A DNA stretch of 64,000 nt from an uncultured bacterium. Lineage in GTDB: Bacteria; Poribacteria; WGA-4E; JAJDTR01. Positions 41,504 through 52,794 of this stretch are shown here, piece by piece. The notes under the pieces were generated by a model. That model saw only the letters and a program-made list of their open reading frames with translations, was not told where the DNA came from and ran no database searches. The stretch lies in assembly GCA_964478165.1 (NCBI GenBank), contig CAYZGU010000007.1, forward strand, positions 33,290 through 97,289, read 5' to 3'. The translations under genes were made by a program, and so were the position numbers. Position 1 is the stretch's first letter. Each line of letters begins with the position of its first letter.

Positions 41504-42502
41504 TCAGAGCCACCCATTTTCTAGATACCAGATGGCTGTCTCTTCGATTCCCACTTCAAGAGGATATACAGGGTGGTACTTAATCTGCTTTACCGCTTTT
41601 CTAGTATCGCAGATCCAGAATGGCTGTTTCAAATCGATCATCTTCTGACGATTCAAGACGGCAGATCGGTGTGTTAGTTTAGCGGCGGTTTCTGTGAACA
41701 CGGAAACCATGTCCAATAAGACAAATGGCACCCTTAGCTTTAACGGATACGTGCCCAATCCACTTGCGATTGCCTCCGCCACATCCAGCCAAGAGTGAAT
41801 GAGGCCGTCCGTTAGGAAGTAGGTCTCGCCCACGGCGCAATCAGCAGTCGCGGAGGTGCAGATTCCCTCTATTAGATCCTTGACGTGAACAAGGCTTAAT
41901 TTTCGTTGAGTATTGCCGATGAGTGGCATTATTCCTCTTTTTACACATTTGAAAAACAGAAAAATATCTGCGTCCCTGGGGCCGTAGACAGCGGGGGGAC
42001 GGATTATTGTGGTCGGTAACTGATTTGCATACTTTTTGGTAACTAACTCTCCCTTGAGTTTGCTTCTTCCATAATCCGTTACTGGGTGTGGAGTGATATC
42101 TTCAGAGATTTCCGATCCATCTAGGCTTGGACCACTGGCCGCGAGACTACTGCAGTAGAGAAAACGAACCAAGTTGCCATTTGCCGCCAAACATGCCTGA
42201 ATCAAGCGTTCTGTCGCCACTGCGTTTGCTTCATCGTAGGCATCGGCGTTACGCGCTTTGGTTAGTCCAGCAAGGTGGAAAACTAGGTTCACATTGTGTA
42301 GGGACGAAACTAACGATTCTGAATCGCGTAGGTCCGCTGTTACAAGCTGAATGGCTGGCAATCTTTCTTTAAGCAGCGGTTGAAGCCACCGTAGATCGCT
42401 TGTTTCGCGAGCCGTACAAGTAACATGATACCCTCGATTTACTAGTGATTCGACCAGATGACTGCCGATGAAACCAGTAGCTCCGGTAACAAAAGCTTTC
42501 AT
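41504..42502 (-). CDS. NAD-dependent epimerase/dehydratase (extended SDR)
   Basis: MKAFVTGATGFIGSHL N-terminus and YGRSK catalytic Y-x3-K. Confidence 0.8.
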   Translation of the reverse strand: MKAFVTGATGFIGSHLVESLVNRGYHVTCTARETSDLRWLQPLLKERLPAIQLVTADLRDSESLVSSLHNVNLVFHLAGLTKARNADAYDEANAVATERLIQACLAANGNLVRFLYCSSLAASGPSLDGSEISEDITPHPVTDYGRSKLKGELVTKKYANQLPTTIIRPPAVYGPRDADIFLFFKCVKRGIMPLIGNTQRKLSLVHVKDLIEGICTSATADCAVGETYFLTDGLIHSWLDVAEAIASGLGTYPLKLRVPFVLLDMVSVFTETAAKLTHRSAVLNRQKMIDLKQPFWICDTRKAVKQIKYHPVYPLEVGIEETAIWYLENGWL

Positions 42503-43550
42503 AGTGACACTCGGATAGTGTAGTTAGAACATGTGAAAAATAGGCAATGCTTCAGAAATAATCGGACTTATGTGTTGAAAAAAGTTGTTGTTCAGCCCTC
42601 TTGCTGGTACAAACACTTGGCGATTCCACTTCAGAAAAAGCATCGCCTGATGGGTTTAGTTTTGTTTCTCTTTGCGATTCGTTTAATCCCTGGGATGAAA
42701 ATCGAGTTGAATTAAGTGTGGTTTGACTGAAGTACACGCCGGGTTTTAGTTCGTGCCGTCTTGCAATGTAAAAGCTCTGTCCTTTCGAGCTATGAGCGAG
42801 TGCTTGTTTTGCGACGCGGTGTTTGAGCCAAAAAGATGTGTGTTTGCCAAAACTTACCGCCGAATAATGGTTGAATAAGAAGGTCAAAACTAGAGGCGCC
42901 ACCAGAACCTACTCTAGAGGAACATGACCGTCGTTCGCCGAAAAGACGAGTGCATTGTGGTTGCGTATGCCGTTCCTCCAAGATGCATGTAGGCGATATA
43001 TGTAAATGATGGGGAATTCGAAATCCTCCACGTAAAGGGTGGAAATTGGGACGTTTTCGAACGATGTTTCAGCCAGTAATAGTTGGTGTGGATCTTATGA
43101 ATATCTTCCGTCCTTTCGATTCGTCTTGGTGGAATGGTGGTATGGAGATGGGGTAAGCTGAGATTCTACGCATCTATCTGCTAGAAGCAGTTCACCCTTA
43201 GATTCCTTGCGAGGGTTGGTGCATCATAGAGGATGACCTAACTTCGAACACGTTGTATCGCGAAAAACCCTTCCTTGGTTTGTCAACAGACGCAGTCTCA
43301 GTTAATTCTTTAGTATCGCTTGTGGTACAAACTGGTATAACTTTCGCGAAACATCTGCGATAGCTTATGTTCGTACAGGAGATGTTTCGTTATTTGCGAC
43401 CAACCAGGTGAAGTACTCATTGATGGTTGTTAACATTGGAATGTAGAACCCTATCCCTGTTGTTCGAAACCTGCCTCAACAGCAACACTAGTTAGTTTCA
43501 GAGGATTCGGAAATGTGTCTGACCTCAGAGCTTGTGACCTTTACAGGCCA

Positions 43551-44594
43551 CTAATTCGTTCTCCAATCAAGGTCCTTCGCCAGTTGGGAAAGCAAAACCA
43601 CTCCTCCGATCGCTACAGCACAATAGGAGGTAAAGAAACGCGTCAATAGCGAAAATAATCCGAGCGAATTCGAGCTGATTAAATTTCGCATTAAGGCTAC
43701 TGTTAGGAACTCTGCAATCCCACTGGCACCTGGACTGGGGGCGAACAGAATGACAAAGTGAAGAATTGCTTGTGCTGCCACAACATCCTCGAAGAGGACC
43801 TCTCCATTCAATGCCCGAGCGACTAGATATCCACCCACAAATCGACTGGTGTAGATTCCGGCTGTAAGTACGAAGTTCAGGATACAGATGCCCTTATGGT
43901 TCGAAATGAACATCTGTGTGAAAGCCTTATGTTCTGTGATCAGCCTGTCAAGATTCGAGATGAGACGATCCAAGAGTTTACTGATGGCATGAAGTCCGCG
44001 CCTTTTTGGCAATCGAAGTCGTGTCAGCGGGCGAAGAAAAATGCCAGGCCTGAAGGCCATAAGGAGAAAAAACGAAAGGAAGATCACAAACATTAACAAG
44101 CTATATCGACTAATGAATGTAATTCCCTTAGGCAAAAAATTGGGAGATTGCCAGATTATATAGCCTGCAAAAAGGAGTAGGAACACTAGGGTTCCAATAA
44201 AACTGATGATGCCCGTCGTAATGCAGCCAGAAAGTGGTACGCCAACGCGGTTGTAGATATACATGTGTCCAAAACCGCCCGTCTGAAATGGCGTGATGCC
44301 ACCGGCGCAGAGCGTTGCTAGATTTGCGCGCAGGCTGTCAAGAAACGTCAACCCTGGCGCCATTTTCCGTACGAAGATGTGAAAACGCGCAGCTCCACAC
44401 AGCCAATCGGAGAACATACATAGGACGGCTAGGAGAAGGAATTTTCCGCGCATTGAACGGAGTACAAGACCGATGTCTTGGGTGCCACTCCATAGGAAAC
44501 TGATGTATAAGCCAACTACCGTGCAAAATAAGAAAAAAAGAAAACCGCGTACGACGTTTCTGCGATTTAGGGACCGATTCAAAAATGCTTGCAT
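43551..44594 (-). CDS. Polytopic membrane protein, lysylphosphatidylglycerol-synthase-TM / flippase-like (UPF0104) family
   Basis: 347 aa with about 8 predicted TM helices. It has a basic N-terminus and a family-like early segment (LLLAVLCMFSDWLCGAARFHIF). Family assigned from memory of the pattern only. Confidence 0.5.
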   Translation of the reverse strand: MQAFLNRSLNRRNVVRGFLFFLFCTVVGLYISFLWSGTQDIGLVLRSMRGKFLLLAVLCMFSDWLCGAARFHIFVRKMAPGLTFLDSLRANLATLCAGGITPFQTGGFGHMYIYNRVGVPLSGCITTGIISFIGTLVFLLLFAGYIIWQSPNFLPKGITFISRYSLLMFVIFLSFFLLMAFRPGIFLRPLTRLRLPKRRGLHAISKLLDRLISNLDRLITEHKAFTQMFISNHKGICILNFVLTAGIYTSRFVGGYLVARALNGEVLFEDVVAAQAILHFVILFAPSPGASGIAEFLTVALMRNLISSNSLGLFSLLTRFFTSYCAVAIGGVVLLSQLAKDLDWRTN

Positions 44595-44719
44595 TGATGA
44601 CGTGTTAATCTCCTCTGTGGATTCCTCCTGCGTGGGAAGCCTGACGTGCTTTAACGAGTCAACCCAGTGCCAACAAGTGACTCTAAAAAAAGTCGATTTG
44701 GGAAAGATTCTATGCTTTG

Positions 44720-45559
44720 CTAATCAATTGCTAGATCCAGACTAATGTCTAGAGGCATTGCTGAATGTGTTAACGCCCCAATAGAGATAAGATCTACACC
44801 AGTCGCAGCAATGGTTTCGACCTGATCTAATGTGATTCCTCCGGATGCCTCGGTGATGGCTTTGCCAGCAATTTTCGCAACTGCATCTTTCATCAAGTCG
44901 ACCGGCATGTTGTCCAATAACAAGATGTCGGCCTTGGCTTCAATGGCTTGATTAACTTGATTGAGTGTTTCAACTTCAACCTCAATTTTTGCAGTATGAG
45001 GCACGGCTGACCGAGCCCGTTGAATAGCTTGGCAAACTCCCCCGCTAGCAAGAATGTGGTTATCTTTAATCAGAACACCGTCGTAAAGTCCGAAGCGATG
45101 GTTGTGTCCACCGCCGAGTCGAACTGCATATTTTTGGATTGCCCGCCAACCGGCTGTAGTTTTGCGGGTATCGAGAATCTTGACATTGTATTCAGCAACG
45201 GCAGCGACGAATTGGGATGTTAAAGTTGCGGTTCCTGAGAGGCGTTGCAGAAAATTGAGCGCGACACGTTCAGCAGTTAATATTGCCCCCACTCTTCCCG
45301 CTACTGTGGCAATGGAAGTTACGCCCTTCACCGATTGGCCGTCGGTGACAGATGCCCGGAATTGGAGAGATGGGTCAACTTGCTTAAACACTCGTTCGGC
45401 AATCGGTAATCCAGCAATCACTCCGTCGCTCTCGACGACGATTTTTCCAATTGCGGTTTGCCCCTCGAGAATCGTAGACTCTGTTGTTATGTCGCCGATG
45501 CCAAGATCCTCTGTGAGCGCAAGTTCGATAAGTAGATCGACAGACCGAAAATTTAGCAT
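44720..45559 (-). CDS. nadC: Nicotinate-nucleotide diphosphorylase (carboxylating) / quinolinate phosphoribosyltransferase
   Basis: LALTEDLGIGDITT N-terminus, ERVALNFLQRLSGTAT, DTRKTTAGWR, LLDNM, SGGI. Confidence 0.9.
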   Translation of the reverse strand: MLNFRSVDLLIELALTEDLGIGDITTESTILEGQTAIGKIVVESDGVIAGLPIAERVFKQVDPSLQFRASVTDGQSVKGVTSIATVAGRVGAILTAERVALNFLQRLSGTATLTSQFVAAVAEYNVKILDTRKTTAGWRAIQKYAVRLGGGHNHRFGLYDGVLIKDNHILASGGVCQAIQRARSAVPHTAKIEVEVETLNQVNQAIEAKADILLLDNMPVDLMKDAVAKIAGKAITEASGGITLDQVETIAATGVDLISIGALTHSAMPLDISLDLAID

Positions 45560-45628
45560 TGGAATTAACTCCGCTTGCTGCGTTCCTCTGTTCTCAATAA
45601 AATCCCAACCTTGTCTTTGCGAACGACA

Positions 45629-47395
45629 TCAAAATGGCCATACATTTGGTGTAATTAGTATCGCAGTAATTCCGATTAGCAAATCCAACGGCATGCCAAT
45701 ACGCAGATAATCGCTAAAATGATAACCACCTGGCCCATAGACCATCAAATTGGTCTGGTAACCAAGCGGCGTGGCAAAGCTTGCCGAGGCTGCTACCATT
45801 GTCACGATGACGAATGGCATGAAATTTACCCCGAGAGCTTCGGCTGTTGCCACTGCAATTGGAAAAACAAGAACAGCTGCGGCCATATTGGTTAGTGTTT
45901 CAGTAAACAGTATGGTGACAAAATATATGGCAGCGAGCACGAACAATGGATTTTGTCCAGCTGCTGAAATCAGTGTTTGTGCAATTAGGCCAGCTGCGCC
46001 GCTTTTCTGAATGGCTTCTCCGATGCCTATAGATGCTGCGATAACCAATAACACTTGAAAATTGATGCTACGCCTTGCGGTTGCTGCTGAACAGCAACGA
46101 GTCAGGAGCATAAGTCCAGCCGTCAGAAGCGCGGCCTGGAGCATCAGACTGGGCTGCATTACCACCATAACAATCATCCCCATCAAGAGTGTTAACGCAA
46201 TCAAAGTACGATCGTATCGTGGTGGATTAGAATTCTCCAGCTGACTCACTAAGAAGAAATCACGTGAGTTGCGTTGCTGTTCGCCAAATGATGGATGGGT
46301 TTCGAGCAGCAACGTATCACCCGCCTGTAATGCAATATCGCCTACTTTTCTTCGAATGCGTTCTCCGTTCCGCGCGACCGCAATTACTACTGCATTATAT
46401 GTGGACCGGAACTGTCCCTCGCGGATAGTCTGTCTTACAAGCGGACAGCTGTCCGATACAACGGCTTCAACCAGACATCGCTCCGATCTTGGTGTGTCCA
46501 ATTTGAAAATCTGATCGGTTGCGGGGGTTAGTCCTGGTATCTTCTGCAAATCAACCACAGAATCAACAATGCCGACAAAAATGAGACGGTCGTGTGCTCG
46601 AAGTCGCTCTCGTGGTGAGACTGCGGCGATCAGTTGGTCGTCACGGTCAATTTCCATCAAGTAAAGTTCTTCTAGATGTCGCAGCCCAGCTTGTTCGATG
46701 GTCTGTCCAACCAGGGAACTACCGTGTTGCACAAGCATCTCTACCGTGTACTCTCGTGGATCATCCGTACGGCGGAACGCTGGGCGGCGTTCAGGAAGCA
46801 GCCAGCGGCTAGATATTAGCGTATAGCATATGCCAATCAGAGCACAGGGCAGTCCAACCTGCGTGATGTCAAACATGCCCAAACTACGCTTGCCCGCGTC
46901 CACCAGTAGGCCATTGACTACCAGATTGGTGCTCGTGCCTATCAACGTACACATACCTCCTAGAATCGCAGCGTAGCTAAGTGGTATTAGTAATTTCGAA
47001 ACGGATAGGCGATTTCGTTTCGTCCATTCATCAATCGCCGGAAGCAGTGTGGCAACCACAGGGGTATTGTTCAGGAACGCACTCGTGACAGCGACAGGGA
47101 GCATAACACGTAGAAGAGCCGCAGACAGCGACTTAGGCCGTCCCAATAGATAGCGGACGATGAGATTAATGACGCCCGTCTCGTGCAAGGCAGCGGAGAC
47201 AACGAAAAGAACGCCCACCGTAATCATGCCTGGATTGGCCAAACCTGCAAAGGCTTCTTCTGGTGTGAGGATCCCCACTGTTAACAACAGGATTAGCCCA
47301 CCAAGCAGGATTAGATCAGGTCCAATTCGGGTAAAAACGAGTAAACTTATGACCAGACCCACCACAGCTAATGTTGTGCAAACGTCCCAGCCCAT
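45629..47395 (-). CDS. SLC13/DASS-type anion permease with two central TrkA-C (RCK-C) domains
   Basis: 588 aa. Hydrophobic N- and C-terminal halves flank two soluble repeats with the TrkA-C pattern (SSLVGQTIEQAGLR... and CPLVRQTIREGQFR...). Confidence 0.8.
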   Translation of the reverse strand: MGWDVCTTLAVVGLVISLLVFTRIGPDLILLGGLILLLTVGILTPEEAFAGLANPGMITVGVLFVVSAALHETGVINLIVRYLLGRPKSLSAALLRVMLPVAVTSAFLNNTPVVATLLPAIDEWTKRNRLSVSKLLIPLSYAAILGGMCTLIGTSTNLVVNGLLVDAGKRSLGMFDITQVGLPCALIGICYTLISSRWLLPERRPAFRRTDDPREYTVEMLVQHGSSLVGQTIEQAGLRHLEELYLMEIDRDDQLIAAVSPRERLRAHDRLIFVGIVDSVVDLQKIPGLTPATDQIFKLDTPRSERCLVEAVVSDSCPLVRQTIREGQFRSTYNAVVIAVARNGERIRRKVGDIALQAGDTLLLETHPSFGEQQRNSRDFFLVSQLENSNPPRYDRTLIALTLLMGMIVMVVMQPSLMLQAALLTAGLMLLTRCCSAATARRSINFQVLLVIAASIGIGEAIQKSGAAGLIAQTLISAAGQNPLFVLAAIYFVTILFTETLTNMAAAVLVFPIAVATAEALGVNFMPFVIVTMVAASASFATPLGYQTNLMVYGPGGYHFSDYLRIGMPLDLLIGITAILITPNVWPF

Positions 47396-47668
47396 TTTAA
47401 ATTCTCAAGAGGAACATGTTACATGATGTGGAACATCAGATACGTGATTCTTGGGATGTTCTGATTGGCTGCCATTCTATTAAAGACAAAGAATAGCATC
47501 TGAACCCAGTCTTGTCAAGAGGTTTTAGGCTACTAAACTCCTAATAAGGCTGTGCGATTAATGATGTCGACTGTTGTTTTAGACGAACAGATACTCGCGC
47601 AATGGAGCACCCTATGTAGTGGTGTGTACACGGTTTGGCTAAGTCATCGTTGGGGAATAAAATTTCTC

Positions 47669-47697
47669 TTGATTGTACGTCGTTTTTCTGATAGAAT
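47669..47697 (+). promoter_or_regulatory. Sigma70-type promoter upstream of the M32 carboxypeptidase
   Basis: TTGATT, 17-nt spacer, TAGAAT, ending 57 nt before the start codon. Confidence 0.45.
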
Positions 47698-47754
47698 GCC
47701 CTCCCGGGCTCGGCAAGAGCTCCAATTAGTTACGGAGGCAGAGAATAGAGCGTT

Positions 47755-49269
47755 TTGAAGGAAAACCTACAGAAACTAAAGGCATACCTTGCCCAGATTT
47801 CCGATCTTGAATCCGCTGCAGCCTTGCTAAGTTGGGATCAGTCTACCTATATGCCAGCAGGAGGTGCTGTTGCACGAGCGCGCCAAATTGCAACCCTAAG
47901 TCGCCTTGCTCATCAGAAATCCACAGATTTGTCACTTGGTCGACTTTTGGACAGGCTTCAATCTTATGCGGATTCCCTCCCGTACGATTCGGATGATGCT
48001 AGTCTGATTCGTGTGACTCGTCGTATGTTCGAGAAAGCAATAAGGATTCCACCATCGTTCCTAGCGGACCTTCACGCGCATAGCTCCGAATCATATCAAG
48101 CGTGGAGTGTGGCTCGTCCGGCGAATGACTTCAACATGGTAAAGCCTTATCTTGAAAAAACTCTTGCCATGAGTCGTCAGCTGGCCAACTTCTTTCCTGG
48201 TTACGAGCACATTGCAGATCCGCTGATTGACTTCGGTGACCCTGGCATGAAGGCTTCAGGCATACAAAGTGTTTTTTTTGAATTACGTGAACAACTTGTT
48301 CCCCTTGTCGAAGCGATTTCCGCTCAGCTTCAACCGGATGATACGTTTCTACACCAAGTCTTTCCCGAAAAATCTCAATTCGAATTTGGTCTAGAGATTA
48401 TCAAAGGCTTCGGGTACGATCTTGAACGTGGGCGGCAAGATCGGACGCATCATCCATTTATGACGAAATTCTCGCTCGGTGATGTCCGTATTACAACACG
48501 ATCTAGCGAGAACAATGTCAGCGATGCGCTATTCAGCACAATGCATGAGGCCGGACACGCGATGTACGAGCAAGGAATCCGCAGGGACTTTGAAGGAACA
48601 CCACTTGCCAATGGAGCGTCGTCCGGCATCCACGAAAGTCAGTCTCGCCTATGGGAGAATATGGTGGGACGCAGTTGGGGTTTTTGGAGCTGTTTTTATC
48701 CTGAACTTCAGTCGATGTTCACGGAGCAACTAGGCTCGATTTCGCTCGAGGAGTTCTATCACGCAATCAACAAAGTCCAAAAATCCCTCATTCGGACCGA
48801 ATCGGATGAAGTGACCTACAACCTGCATGTAATGCTGCGATTCGATCTTGAATTAGATTTGCTGAACGGTGAGCTGGAGATATCAGACCTGCCTGAAGTG
48901 TGGAACGAGCGGTTTCAATCCGATTTTGGCGTTGCTCCACCGGACGACCGACAAGGTGTGCTGCAAGACGTCCATTGGTATAGTGGAACAATTGGAGGGG
49001 AGTTTCAAGGATATACACTGGGAAACATTCTTGCGGCACAGTTTTTCCAGAGGATGCTGGGCAATTGTCCGGAAATCTCTGCTGAAATTGAAGTGGGGAA
49101 ATTTGGTACACTTCACCAATGGCTCACGGAAAATATCTACCAACATGGTAGAAAATTTGCTGCTACTGAACTTATTCAGCTCGTCACAGGTGGTTCGCTA
49201 AGCATTGAACCGTATCTCGAGTACCTGCGGGGAAAATACGGCGCACTGTATGGCATAGCTACTCAATAA
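47755..49269 (+). CDS. Carboxypeptidase Taq-like metallopeptidase (family M32)
   Basis: LLSWDQSTYMP, HHPF, zinc site HEAGHAMYEQG, IRTESDEVTYNLH. TTG start, so the exact start is uncertain. Confidence 0.85.
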   Translation: MKENLQKLKAYLAQISDLESAAALLSWDQSTYMPAGGAVARARQIATLSRLAHQKSTDLSLGRLLDRLQSYADSLPYDSDDASLIRVTRRMFEKAIRIPPSFLADLHAHSSESYQAWSVARPANDFNMVKPYLEKTLAMSRQLANFFPGYEHIADPLIDFGDPGMKASGIQSVFFELREQLVPLVEAISAQLQPDDTFLHQVFPEKSQFEFGLEIIKGFGYDLERGRQDRTHHPFMTKFSLGDVRITTRSSENNVSDALFSTMHEAGHAMYEQGIRRDFEGTPLANGASSGIHESQSRLWENMVGRSWGFWSCFYPELQSMFTEQLGSISLEEFYHAINKVQKSLIRTESDEVTYNLHVMLRFDLELDLLNGELEISDLPEVWNERFQSDFGVAPPDDRQGVLQDVHWYSGTIGGEFQGYTLGNILAAQFFQRMLGNCPEISAEIEVGKFGTLHQWLTENIYQHGRKFAATELIQLVTGGSLSIEPYLEYLRGKYGALYGIATQ

Positions 49270-49362
49270 TCCAACTGAATCAGGTCGTTACTCGACGACT
49301 GAGTGAGTGACATAAACTTGCATTAATCAATCTGAATTCTTCTCCCGAGAAAGGATTTGAAG

Positions 49363-49893
49363 ATGAAACGGCTGGTAGATTTGTTCCTTCTATTCAGTTG
49401 CGCAACTGGGTTTATCGCTTGTGGGGGCGTGAAACTTACAGATGTTGTGTCGAGTACGGCTGTTCTCAAGCTTTCAACTGAGCAACAAGAATTTATTGAG
49501 CCTAAAATAGGGTTCATCGGCGATATCGTTGAGGATTATGACTTCGAAAAAGAAGAGTTCAAGGTGTTCTATGAACGATATCGCACGAAGTCCAGTCTTC
49601 CGAGATTAAGGCGGTACGAAGGTGGGGGAAGGATAGCAAGGCGCCAAAGCTTTCGTGAACAGAACGAATTGAGAACAACGATAAAAAGTTTCGTCAAGCA
49701 GCGTCAGAAGTATGTCAAGGAGATTGGGGATCTTCTTAATCAAATAAGAGAAAAGCTCACCCCTTATCAGCTCGGATTGTTTAGAGAGATTGCGTTGCCG
49801 AAACTGAGGCTTCCTGAAATGCTTAGAAGTCGGTCGTATACCAATTTCATGTTCGTTCCTGGAGTGCAAAGACCAGCCCGCAACGACTTCTAG
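49363..49893 (+). CDS. Hypothetical lipoprotein
   Basis: ATG 7 nt after AAGGA. Signal peptide MKRLVDLFLLFSCATGFIAC with a lipobox-like FIAC. The basic, Lys/Arg/Glu-rich mature part has no recognised family. Confidence 0.5.
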   Translation: MKRLVDLFLLFSCATGFIACGGVKLTDVVSSTAVLKLSTEQQEFIEPKIGFIGDIVEDYDFEKEEFKVFYERYRTKSSLPRLRRYEGGGRIARRQSFREQNELRTTIKSFVKQRQKYVKEIGDLLNQIREKLTPYQLGLFREIALPKLRLPEMLRSRSYTNFMFVPGVQRPARNDF

Positions 49894-49897
49894 CCAA

Positions 49898-50866
49898 CTA
49901 TCCCTCTAGAACACGGTCAAAGAAGATCTTCAAAAAAGACTTCGAATCTACTCCAATACAGATTTGAGCATTTGGGATGTGTGGAGATCGTTTTCCTCTT
50001 AGATCGGCTACGGTTGTGCCTCGAGTTAAATCGCCCGATGTTTCCACCTGTACAAATGCATCTACAACTTCAAACAAGGTTGGGTGGGTTAAGAATGCGA
50101 TGGCCAGCGGATCGTGAAGGAACATGCCTTTAAACAGATCTCGTTCTTGATGATATTCCATGCAAGCGTGTGTTGCATCTCTGAGAAACTGGGCTGTTGG
50201 GGTAGCACACTTCTTTGCCTCTTCAAGCAAACGTTGACTGCTTAGGATTGCTTGGTGTGTCACATCAAGTGGCGTCATAATAATCGGAACACCAAAATTG
50301 AAAACCAACTGTGCAGCGTGTGGGTCAACAAACATGTTGAATTCTGCTTGCGATGTCACATTCCCGTAGTTTTCAAATACGCCACCCATCAGTACAATCT
50401 TATGGACTTTACGCATCTGGGAAGGGTTTTTTAGCATTGCCTTGGCGATATTCGTAAGGGGTCCGATGGGAACTAATATCAGCTCATTGGGATATTGGCT
50501 GACTTTATCGATGATCACATCTACGGCGGCTTGTCGTAATGGTGGGTGTTTTGGAATCTGATAAACCCTCTCACCATCGCGGTTTAGCTGTCGTGTTATA
50601 CCTCCTAGTCCATCAGTCCCATGGACTAGCTCTGCTGTAACAAGAGGATTGATCAATGGGTGTGCTTCGCCTTTTGCAAGAAGCGGGAATTCTTCTAAGC
50701 CCATGGCTGCTAGTGTGATGTATAGGTTCCGAGTGCAGAGATCAACATGGACGTTTCCGCTAACAGTAGTGATTGCTTCCACTTTAAGTTCTTGAGACTT
50801 TAGTGCTAACATGACTGCTAGTGCGTCATCGACGCCAATGTCGGTATCTATAAGAATACGTTGCAT
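49898..50866 (-). CDS. Nucleoside hydrolase (inosine/uridine-preferring family)
   Basis: N-terminal Ca-binding fingerprint ILIDTDIGVDDALAV and family-length 322 aa. Convergent with the lipoprotein gene, with only 4 nt between the stops. Confidence 0.85.
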   Translation of the reverse strand: MQRILIDTDIGVDDALAVMLALKSQELKVEAITTVSGNVHVDLCTRNLYITLAAMGLEEFPLLAKGEAHPLINPLVTAELVHGTDGLGGITRQLNRDGERVYQIPKHPPLRQAAVDVIIDKVSQYPNELILVPIGPLTNIAKAMLKNPSQMRKVHKIVLMGGVFENYGNVTSQAEFNMFVDPHAAQLVFNFGVPIIMTPLDVTHQAILSSQRLLEEAKKCATPTAQFLRDATHACMEYHQERDLFKGMFLHDPLAIAFLTHPTLFEVVDAFVQVETSGDLTRGTTVADLRGKRSPHIPNAQICIGVDSKSFLKIFFDRVLEG

Positions 50867-51835
50867 GGTTTTGTGATGGGTGCTGTCGCCCGCCTTCTTC
50901 TAAGGTTGTGAAGAAGAATTGTTTCACGTAGCCGTGGACCTGCGATTGGAAGAAAAATTCACCGCTTGACAAAGAAAACAAATTGCGAAGGAGTTGACGA
51001 GCTAAACACTCAATAGCTCACTATTGAACAAACTCTGTTTGGTCTACAATATGATAATAGTTGAGACATCGGAGACAATCTGGGGGATAGCACGCAGGCA
51101 TCTACATGATCGATTTTCTGCAGCCCCCATTGGTGGAAAATTCCGTTTGCTGGAATATTGTGTGTTATCCGGGATGGTCAAAGGCGCTGTAAGGTCTCAG
51201 GACATAACGAGTTCAAGCTTGTTATGGAGCCTATCGATGTTCCAAGTTTGTCTCTCAGTCGAGAAGTATTCTAGTTGCACCGCTAGGAATCAGTGAGAAA
51301 TCCCCAATCTCCAGCTCTATTAGTTGGACGTGTGTGTGGTGGAACTTATTGCCCCCTATGCGGTAGTCAGAGCCATAATTCCCCATGGGTCCAAGAACTT
51401 TGTTGGAAAACTGTTCGCTGGGGAGGAGCGTATCTCGCATCCAATGTTTAATCAGTTGTGACTCGACGCTACATGATGGACCGCTAAATTCAGGTACAAC
51501 AGGATCAGAGTCTTAATCGGGCATGAGATTGATGCATAACGGAACAAATAGGCCTTTGTTGACACAATTTGTGATTAGCTCTACGGGCGGATTGGATTTC
51601 GGGTTGCCTGTTGCCTCAGGAGCCCGTAGCTATTGGATAATGGTTGCCTATTGATAGCTTATATCATTCTCTCGAAAAATTTTCGTCGAGAGGTGACATG
51701 ATCAATTTGCCCCGGTACCCTTCATTGCACTTTTACTTCTTTCGTTCAATTAATTTCATTGTTGATATGCCAGGTTTTCACTCCAACGGGACGTATGTTA
51801 GAATACAGGATGGCTCTTGAGAGGAGGATGTGCTT

Positions 51836-52738
51836 ATGAAAATTGCAGTCACGGGCGGTAGTGGTGCCATCGGTACCTACGTCTCTAGTGAGTTTGCCGA
51901 TGACAGTCACGACGTTACATCGCTTGATGTCAATCCACCGAAAGCCGATGTGGCATTTCAATGCGTTGATCTTACGAATCTTGCAGAAACCTGCGAATGT
52001 TTCGATGGTTTCGATCAGATCGTCCACTTGGCAGCAATCCCCGATCCCTACGGCCATGAGTTGCCAGAGGAACTAATCCGTGTCAACACAGCTATCTCTT
52101 TTAACGTTTTCGAAGCTGCTCGTCTTAAGAATGTAAAACGCGTGATATACGGTTGCAGTGATTCAAGTACCGGTTTCGGCATTCACAATGTTAAGCTTGT
52201 GCCCAAGTACGTACCTATTGACGAACACCATCCGCTCTGGCCCCACGAGACCTATAGTTTGTCTAAGTATTTCGGCGAATGCATCGGCGCTAATTATGCC
52301 AAGGCGTATGGTCTTGAGGTGATTTCGCTGCGGTACATGTGGGTTTGGATGAAACGTACCGAGACGTCCATTAGAAAAATTGTGGCTCGCGCTCGCGCAG
52401 GCACGGAGATCGACGAGATGGGCGGTAAACTTTGGTTCGGCAGTCATATCGGCATTCGTGATGTTGCACGTGCCTGTGTTGCTGCGGCTATCTTTGACTT
52501 TGAACCGACCACGCAGGTTTGCTTCGAGGCCTTTTTTCTCGCCGCAAAACACACTTTCTACTCCATTCCAACGCTGAAAATCCTCGAGGACATCTATGAA
52601 CAGTGTCCTCCAGTTAAGGACAAGGCCTACTTTGAAAACACTCCCTACGCCTCTATCTTCGACATCCGAAAAGCTAAGACTTTACTGAACTGGGAGCCTC
52701 AACTCGACTGGCATCAGTTTGAAGCGTGGGAGCTCTGA
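51836..52738 (+). CDS. NAD-dependent epimerase/dehydratase (extended SDR)
   Basis: ATG 7 nt after GAGGAGGA. MKIAVTGGSGAIG and YSLSK catalytic Y-x3-K. Confidence 0.75.
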   Translation: MKIAVTGGSGAIGTYVSSEFADDSHDVTSLDVNPPKADVAFQCVDLTNLAETCECFDGFDQIVHLAAIPDPYGHELPEELIRVNTAISFNVFEAARLKNVKRVIYGCSDSSTGFGIHNVKLVPKYVPIDEHHPLWPHETYSLSKYFGECIGANYAKAYGLEVISLRYMWVWMKRTETSIRKIVARARAGTEIDEMGGKLWFGSHIGIRDVARACVAAAIFDFEPTTQVCFEAFFLAAKHTFYSIPTLKILEDIYEQCPPVKDKAYFENTPYASIFDIRKAKTLLNWEPQLDWHQFEAWEL

Positions 52739-52794
52739 CAAATCTCGGCGGACGCGCGATTGAAGAGGTTGGTCAGCGAATTCATATCGATCTA

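Noticed and set aside
45102-45710. 202-aa plus-strand ORF spanning the nadC and transporter junction, plus plus-strand ORFs at 45771-47426.
   Set aside because: They are antisense to two well-supported minus-strand genes, have low-complexity Ser/Ala/Arg composition, and show no start context.
51255-51440. 61-aa minus-strand ORF (open upstream to about 85 codons) in the 50867-51835 gap, considered as a gene remnant.
   Set aside because: I recognise no family and no start context. It is kept only as part of the general low-coding-density observation.
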